Source: a virus. Taken from it: a stretch of DNA of 64,000 nucleotides. A program made the translations under genes and the position numbers. Positions 59,392-64,000 of the stretch are shown here, one piece after another. The number at the start of each line of letters is the position of its first letter. Position 1 is the stretch's first letter. Under the pieces are notes generated by a model. That model searched no databases and had not been told where the DNA came from. It saw nothing but the letters and a program-made list of their open reading frames with translations. The DNA lies in the IMG/VR virus record IMGVR_UViG_3300025112_006940, positions 1 to 64,000 of that record. One strand, 5' to 3'.

Positions 59392-59562
59392 AGATACAGG
59401 AAAGGTAATAAAGTTGTATATGTTGGAGATGAAAACCCAAGTGAAAAATTGCAAGGAAAAGAAGGTATAGTTTCTGGTAAAGCTGATCATCATCATGCAT
59501 ATGTTCAATGGGATGATGGTAAAATGATGATTCATAAAAATGATCTAGAGAAAATAATATGA
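59392..59562 (+). pseudogene. SH3/KOW-like ORF lacking a start codon
   Basis: KGNKVVYVG..GKEGIV..AYVQWDDG; ends in ATGA overlap. Confidence 0.45.
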
Positions 59563-59945
59563 AATTGAAACAAGCTTTAAATGAAGCTGGCGAAATACGT
59601 ACAGATAAGTATAGAGCATATGTTATGACAGATGGAATGGGTGGATCTCTTTCAATTGAACCAAATATAGAAAGAATTACAATTCCCAGTGAAGGATCTT
59701 CATTTGCAGATGCTAGAAAATTCATAGATCAATTTGGCGCTGAAAATGCAGAAAAAATGATGGATGCTTATTACAAGAATATCGTTGACTTCAACGATAA
59801 GCAGCTAGAAGAAGTTAAGGTTCAAGTAGGAAAGGTTTTAGATGCAGCATCTATATTATTAGAAGGTATTGTTGCTAATGCAGCGGAAGATTATGGATCA
59901 TTTATAAAAAATGATTTATTCAAAGCATTAGAGAAATTGCAATGA
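59559..59945 (+). CDS. hypothetical protein with MKLKQALNE leader
   Basis: ORF track. Confidence 0.7.
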   Translation: MKLKQALNEAGEIRTDKYRAYVMTDGMGGSLSIEPNIERITIPSEGSSFADARKFIDQFGAENAEKMMDAYYKNIVDFNDKQLEEVKVQVGKVLDAASILLEGIVANAAEDYGSFIKNDLFKALEKLQ

Positions 59946-61072
59946 TATTTTTGACAGAAGCTGATTCATTTAAAGTTGTAAATGTAAGGCAATTAAAAAA
60001 TAATGAGCTTAAAATAATAAAGGATTTTAAAGAATTTTTGAGTATTGTGTACAGCTATTATAGTGAAGAACAAACAGTAAAGACATATAAAAACTTTAAA
60101 AAAAATGTATCAAAATTTTATAAGTATGGTTTTTCAGGCCGCTTGCAGAAAATGATTGCAGAAATGGATAAGGAATTTGATAAAATAAACAAAGCTATGT
60201 TAGGTAAAAAACAAGCAAAATCTGGTTTCAGCAAAAAATTAGATTCTGCAATAAAGGCTTTTACATCTGGTTCAATTGATGCAGGTCATAAAGCTGCAAA
60301 ATCATTACAATCGCAAATAAACATTATTATTAAGGCTAATAACAAGGATGATATAGTTTTCAGTAAGCAAAAAAATCCATTTAAAATAGATGACCCATTG
60401 TTTTTTCAATCTACAAACATGATTAGATCATTTAATAAGGATGATTTAGAAACATTATCATTAATAAATTTTTCTAAATTCAAATATACATATTTAGAGT
60501 TTCCAAAAGAAAAGTTAGATGATTTTCAATTTATCATTTATTTCATTCAAAATTTAAAATCATCTAACGAACAAATTGCAATTTCACATGAACAATACAA
60601 TAGGTGGACAGATTTTCTATATCAAGATCAAGATTATGATGAATTCAAAAAAATAGTTGAAACATATTTATATGATAATAACAAATCACTTGTTCCAAAA
60701 ATATTAAAGCAATTAGAAAAATATCCAGAATTAAAAAAGACAAATGAGCAATTAAAGAAAAAAATTAAAAAGGCATTTAGGGGTATTGGATTTAGAGAAA
60801 GAACCGATCTTGATAAGGAAATGATTTTTAAAGATGAAAAGAAAAGAAAATTTGTTGCTACAAGTTTAACAAAAAGAGTTGCAATAAGATTTGCTGAAGA
60901 AAAGGGACACTTAGATAGAGATAGAAAAAGCAAAATAGGTATTATAATTGAGTATGGCACAAATCCAAGATCTATAGTTTTAGATACAAGAATATTTGGT
61001 TCTGTATATGGTGAATCAGAAATATTAATAGATGTTGCAAAATCTAAAATTAATAATTGGGAAATAATATGA
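59942..61072 (+). CDS. putative ADP-ribosyltransferase (R-S-E clade) with MIFLTE leader
   Basis: AFRG, FVATS..VAIRFA, GESEILI. Confidence 0.65.
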   Translation: MIFLTEADSFKVVNVRQLKNNELKIIKDFKEFLSIVYSYYSEEQTVKTYKNFKKNVSKFYKYGFSGRLQKMIAEMDKEFDKINKAMLGKKQAKSGFSKKLDSAIKAFTSGSIDAGHKAAKSLQSQINIIIKANNKDDIVFSKQKNPFKIDDPLFFQSTNMIRSFNKDDLETLSLINFSKFKYTYLEFPKEKLDDFQFIIYFIQNLKSSNEQIAISHEQYNRWTDFLYQDQDYDEFKKIVETYLYDNNKSLVPKILKQLEKYPELKKTNEQLKKKIKKAFRGIGFRERTDLDKEMIFKDEKKRKFVATSLTKRVAIRFAEEKGHLDRDRKSKIGIIIEYGTNPRSIVLDTRIFGSVYGESEILIDVAKSKINNWEII

Positions 61073-61650
61073 AATTAAAAGAAGTAGTTAATACTGGAAA
61101 TATAAGAGATCTTGCGATTCAATATATTAAAGCTGTTAAACAGCAAGATAATGCTGAAGTTGATGAAGTCAAAGGTTTAATAACTTCAATGCTATTAGGG
61201 GTTGGATGGGAAAAACATATGACCATTCAATTTTTAGATCAGCTTGATAATACAAATAATGAAAGAGATCTTATGTCGCTTTTTGCCCATTATCAAGTTT
61301 TTGATGATCCAAATATAAATGAAGAATCTCCAGCAGATCCAGTTAATACATTTTCAGCTATAATTTCTATTCCTATTGTAGATAAAAAAAATGTTAAAGC
61401 TGATGTTGCTTCTTTACAAAATATGCTCAAAAGAAAAGGTATTAAAATTCTTAATGCAAAGGCTAAACCGGTTGGTTCATTTAAAATAGATGCTGGTGGA
61501 GATGCCCCTGGTATGGAAGACAATCAAGCTGGTTCAGAAGTTTTTGATATAGAGGTGCATATAAAATTTCAAACTAGAATGCAAAGAGATGATTTATATG
61601 ATGTTATTGAGCCTGCATATGAATTAACTATTTTATCAGAAAAAGGATAA
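61069..61650 (+). CDS. hypothetical protein with MKLKE leader
   Basis: ATGA overlap start. Confidence 0.7.
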   Translation: MKLKEVVNTGNIRDLAIQYIKAVKQQDNAEVDEVKGLITSMLLGVGWEKHMTIQFLDQLDNTNNERDLMSLFAHYQVFDDPNINEESPADPVNTFSAIISIPIVDKKNVKADVASLQNMLKRKGIKILNAKAKPVGSFKIDAGGDAPGMEDNQAGSEVFDIEVHIKFQTRMQRDDLYDVIEPAYELTILSEKG

Positions 61651-61653
61651 GTT

Positions 61654-61947
61654 ATGGTAAACAATAAAAAGGTTCATCAGCTATTTAAAAAAGCACGTGC
61701 CAATATGAATCTTCTTCAAATTACTTATAGGAAGAAAAACAAAAGAATGGTAAGGAGATTAATTGAACCATATGAAATTAAGAAAATTTTAGCAATTGAT
61801 GATTACGGCGGCCCAAGAAAGATTGAATATTTATTTGGGCATGATGTTTCGCCTAATTCAAGAAGAAGACATATAAGAAAATGGATAACAAGCAGTTTTA
61901 TAAACATTGCAATTGTTCCTGAAAAAACATTTAAGCAGAGATATTAA
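61654..61947 (+). CDS. stand-alone WYL-like domain protein
   Basis: LQITYRK...RRLIEPYEI...YLFGHD...IRKW. Confidence 0.7.
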   Translation: MVNNKKVHQLFKKARANMNLLQITYRKKNKRMVRRLIEPYEIKKILAIDDYGGPRKIEYLFGHDVSPNSRRRHIRKWITSSFINIAIVPEKTFKQRY

Positions 61948-61948
61948 T

Positions 61949-62140
61949 ATGAAATTAAGAAGTATTGTTAAAGAGGCAAAAGAATTTACATATGAAGAAG
62001 AGGATGGTGGTAGATATTTTTAGGCGAAATATCTGATGATGAAAAAAAATAATAGATGGACGCATGATTATTCTAAAAAATCATTCAGAAGTAAAGACGA
62101 TGCAGCAAAAGATCTTAATAAGCATGCAAGCGGTGGATAA
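61949..62140 (+). pseudogene. leader-family ORF with in-frame TAG at 62021
   Basis: MKLRSIVKEA..GRYF*AKYL..FRSKDDAAK. Confidence 0.6.
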
Positions 62141-62180
62141 ATAGGGCAATATAAAAATACAAAATAAGCTGAAAATTAAG

Positions 62181-62209
62181 AAGAGTCCTTAAACGGACTC
62201 TTTTTTTTT
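62181..62209 (+). terminator. intrinsic terminator
   Basis: AAGAGTCC-TTAAAC-GGACTCTT + T run. Confidence 0.85.
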
Positions 62210-62266
62210 GTGTGATATATTTATTATTGTATTATATACTACAAAAATTTAGGAACTTATGCATAT

Positions 62267-63898
62267 ATGAAACTTACGTCCAAGCAAGTTAAAGAAATCA
62301 TAAAATGCAGAAAAAACCCAATATATTTTTTAAGAACTTATGGAAAAGTAAGACATCCAACTAAAGGCTTATTAAAATTTGATTTATGGGATTTTCAAGA
62401 TGATTGCATAAAAGAATTTCTTAAAAATTCATACAACATCATATTAAAGGCAAGGCAATTAGGCTTATCTACCTTATGCGCTGGGTATGTTGCTTGGATG
62501 ATAACATTCTTCAAAGATAAGGAAGTTTATATTCTTGCTACAAAAGCTAAGACAGCTACAAACTTAGTGGCAAAAGTAAAAGTGTTCCTTGCTAATTTGC
62601 CTGTTTGGATGCAACCAGAACAAAGTGTTGATAATAGACAAAGCGTTGAATTAAAAAACGGCTCAAAAGTACAAGCATCTGGAACCACGAAAGATGCTGC
62701 ACGTTCTGAGGCGTTGAGCCTTTTGATAGTTGATGAAGCTGCAATTATTCGTGGTATGGATGATATATGGATTGCTGCTCAACCAACACTTTCTACAGGC
62801 GGAGATTGTATAGCGCTATCCACTCCAGAAGGTATGGGTAATTGGTTTCATAAACAATATTCAGATGCGATTGCTGGTCAAAAAATAGAAGTTGGCGGAA
62901 AAATGATAGGATTCAATCCAATCAAATTACACTGGTCATTACATCCAGATCGTGATGATGCATGGGCTGCCAATGAAAGAAGAAAATTAGGTACAAGAGC
63001 TTTTGCCCAAGAACATGATTGTGACTTTTTACAATCAGGTAATAATGTTATTGATCCAATGGATATGAAATGGTATGAAGAAAACCCATCACAAAATCCA
63101 TATATATGCGAACCAATAATGAAAGAAGCTTTTGATAAAAATTTTTGGATATGGAGATATCCACAAAATGGTAGAGAATATATTATATCTGCTGATGTTG
63201 CTAGAGGCGATGGCAACGATTATTCTGCCGCTCAAGTCATTGATACTGAAAATTATGAACAAGTTGCTGAATACAAGGGCAAGTTACCGACTGACTTATT
63301 TGGTAAAATGTTGGTTCAAATGGCTATGCAATATAACAACGCTCTTTTGGTCGTGGAAAACAACAACAACGGATGGGCATCGATACAAAAAATAATTGAT
63401 TTAGAGTATAGCAATATATATTGGTCAGATAAAACAAGAAAATTTGTTGACTCAGAAAGATCACAAGATTTTCCAGATCCTTGGGATAGGTCAAAGAAAA
63501 ATATGATACCTGGATTTACAACATCTTCAACAACTCGTCCTTTGATGATACAAAGAATTGAAGAAGATATAAGAAACCATGATATCATAATTCATTCTTC
63601 TAGATTAACTTCAGAGTTTGAAACATTTGTTTTTCAAAATGGAAAACCAGAAGCTATGGATAGCTATAATGACGATTTAATAATGGCGTTAGCTATTGGC
63701 GTATTTATTAGAGGTACATCAATAAGAATGAATTCTGTTGGCGGTGAAATTCAAAAAGTGCTTTTAGAAAGTATCGGACATACTAATAGCCCATACGATA
63801 GTGGTGTTATTAAGCCTGAAAATGCAAGAACTCAACTGCCAGATTATTTTAAAATGAACTTAAATTCAGGACAAGAAGATTTAAGGTGGCTTCTTTAA
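62267..63898 (+). CDS. terL: terminase large subunit (T4 gp17-like)
   Basis: KARQLGLST, IVDEAA, LSTPEG, ADVARG, VVENN, DDLIMA. Confidence 0.95.
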   Translation: MKLTSKQVKEIIKCRKNPIYFLRTYGKVRHPTKGLLKFDLWDFQDDCIKEFLKNSYNIILKARQLGLSTLCAGYVAWMITFFKDKEVYILATKAKTATNLVAKVKVFLANLPVWMQPEQSVDNRQSVELKNGSKVQASGTTKDAARSEALSLLIVDEAAIIRGMDDIWIAAQPTLSTGGDCIALSTPEGMGNWFHKQYSDAIAGQKIEVGGKMIGFNPIKLHWSLHPDRDDAWAANERRKLGTRAFAQEHDCDFLQSGNNVIDPMDMKWYEENPSQNPYICEPIMKEAFDKNFWIWRYPQNGREYIISADVARGDGNDYSAAQVIDTENYEQVAEYKGKLPTDLFGKMLVQMAMQYNNALLVVENNNNGWASIQKIIDLEYSNIYWSDKTRKFVDSERSQDFPDPWDRSKKNMIPGFTTSSTTRPLMIQRIEEDIRNHDIIIHSSRLTSEFETFVFQNGKPEAMDSYNDDLIMALAIGVFIRGTSIRMNSVGGEIQKVLLESIGHTNSPYDSGVIKPENARTQLPDYFKMNLNSGQEDLRWLL

Positions 63899-63911
63899 AA
63901 AGGAAAGATAA

Positions 63912-64000
63912 ATGAAATTTATAGAGAAATTTATAGAAGAAAGTTTAGAAAAACCTTATGCAGACAAAAAATACAGATCAAATGGTAATTTAGAAAAAAT
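63912..64000 (+). CDS. partial ORF with MKFIEKFIEE leader
   Basis: AGGA RBS; runs off window. Confidence 0.55.
   Translation, partial: MKFIEKFIEESLEKPYADKKYRSNGNLEK

Noticed and set aside
2408-63588. Minus-strand ORFs of the track
   Set aside because: Antisense shadows of plus-strand genes, without RBS or recognisable motifs.
1-64000. Genome-wide stop-codon reassignment (TAG or TGA)
   Set aside because: All long conserved genes are uninterrupted in code 11, TAG and TGA end many genes right before the next RBS or in ATGA overlaps, the tmRNA tag ends in TAG, and no suppressor tRNA is seen in the window.

Overview
AT-rich, entirely plus-strand segment of a large T4-like/jumbo tailed phage genome. 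It contains replication/recombination genes (gp32-like SSB, RecA/UvsX, 5'-3' exonuclease, DnaB-like helicase, primase, DnaE, RuvC, fused SbcD-SbcC), nucleotide metabolism (class II RNR, dUTPase, dCMP deaminase), lysis/virion genes and the large terminase. Highlights: (1) a Ro60/TROVE gene flanked by four related Y-RNA-like elements, one a circularly permuted tRNA that keeps an anticodon loop; (2) 26 tRNA genes covering all 20 amino acids, many with atypical structure, plus tmRNA, ClpP and an HD/MBL/RNA-ligase module, i.e. a broad translation-protection toolkit; (3) a probable cytosine hydroxylation + glycosylation DNA-modification operon (dCMP-type TS homolog, U32 protein, glycosyltransferase, kinase) directly upstream of DnaE; (4) a yeaG/yeaH/spoVR cassette; (5) about 15 otherwise unrelated proteins sharing an N-terminal MK(L/I)..(L/I)xE leader resembling a capsid-targeting signal, one carrying an ADP-ribosyltransferase motif set. 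The tRNA region is littered with gene remnants and several unassigned structured RNAs. All calls come from motif recognition by eye; no searches were run.
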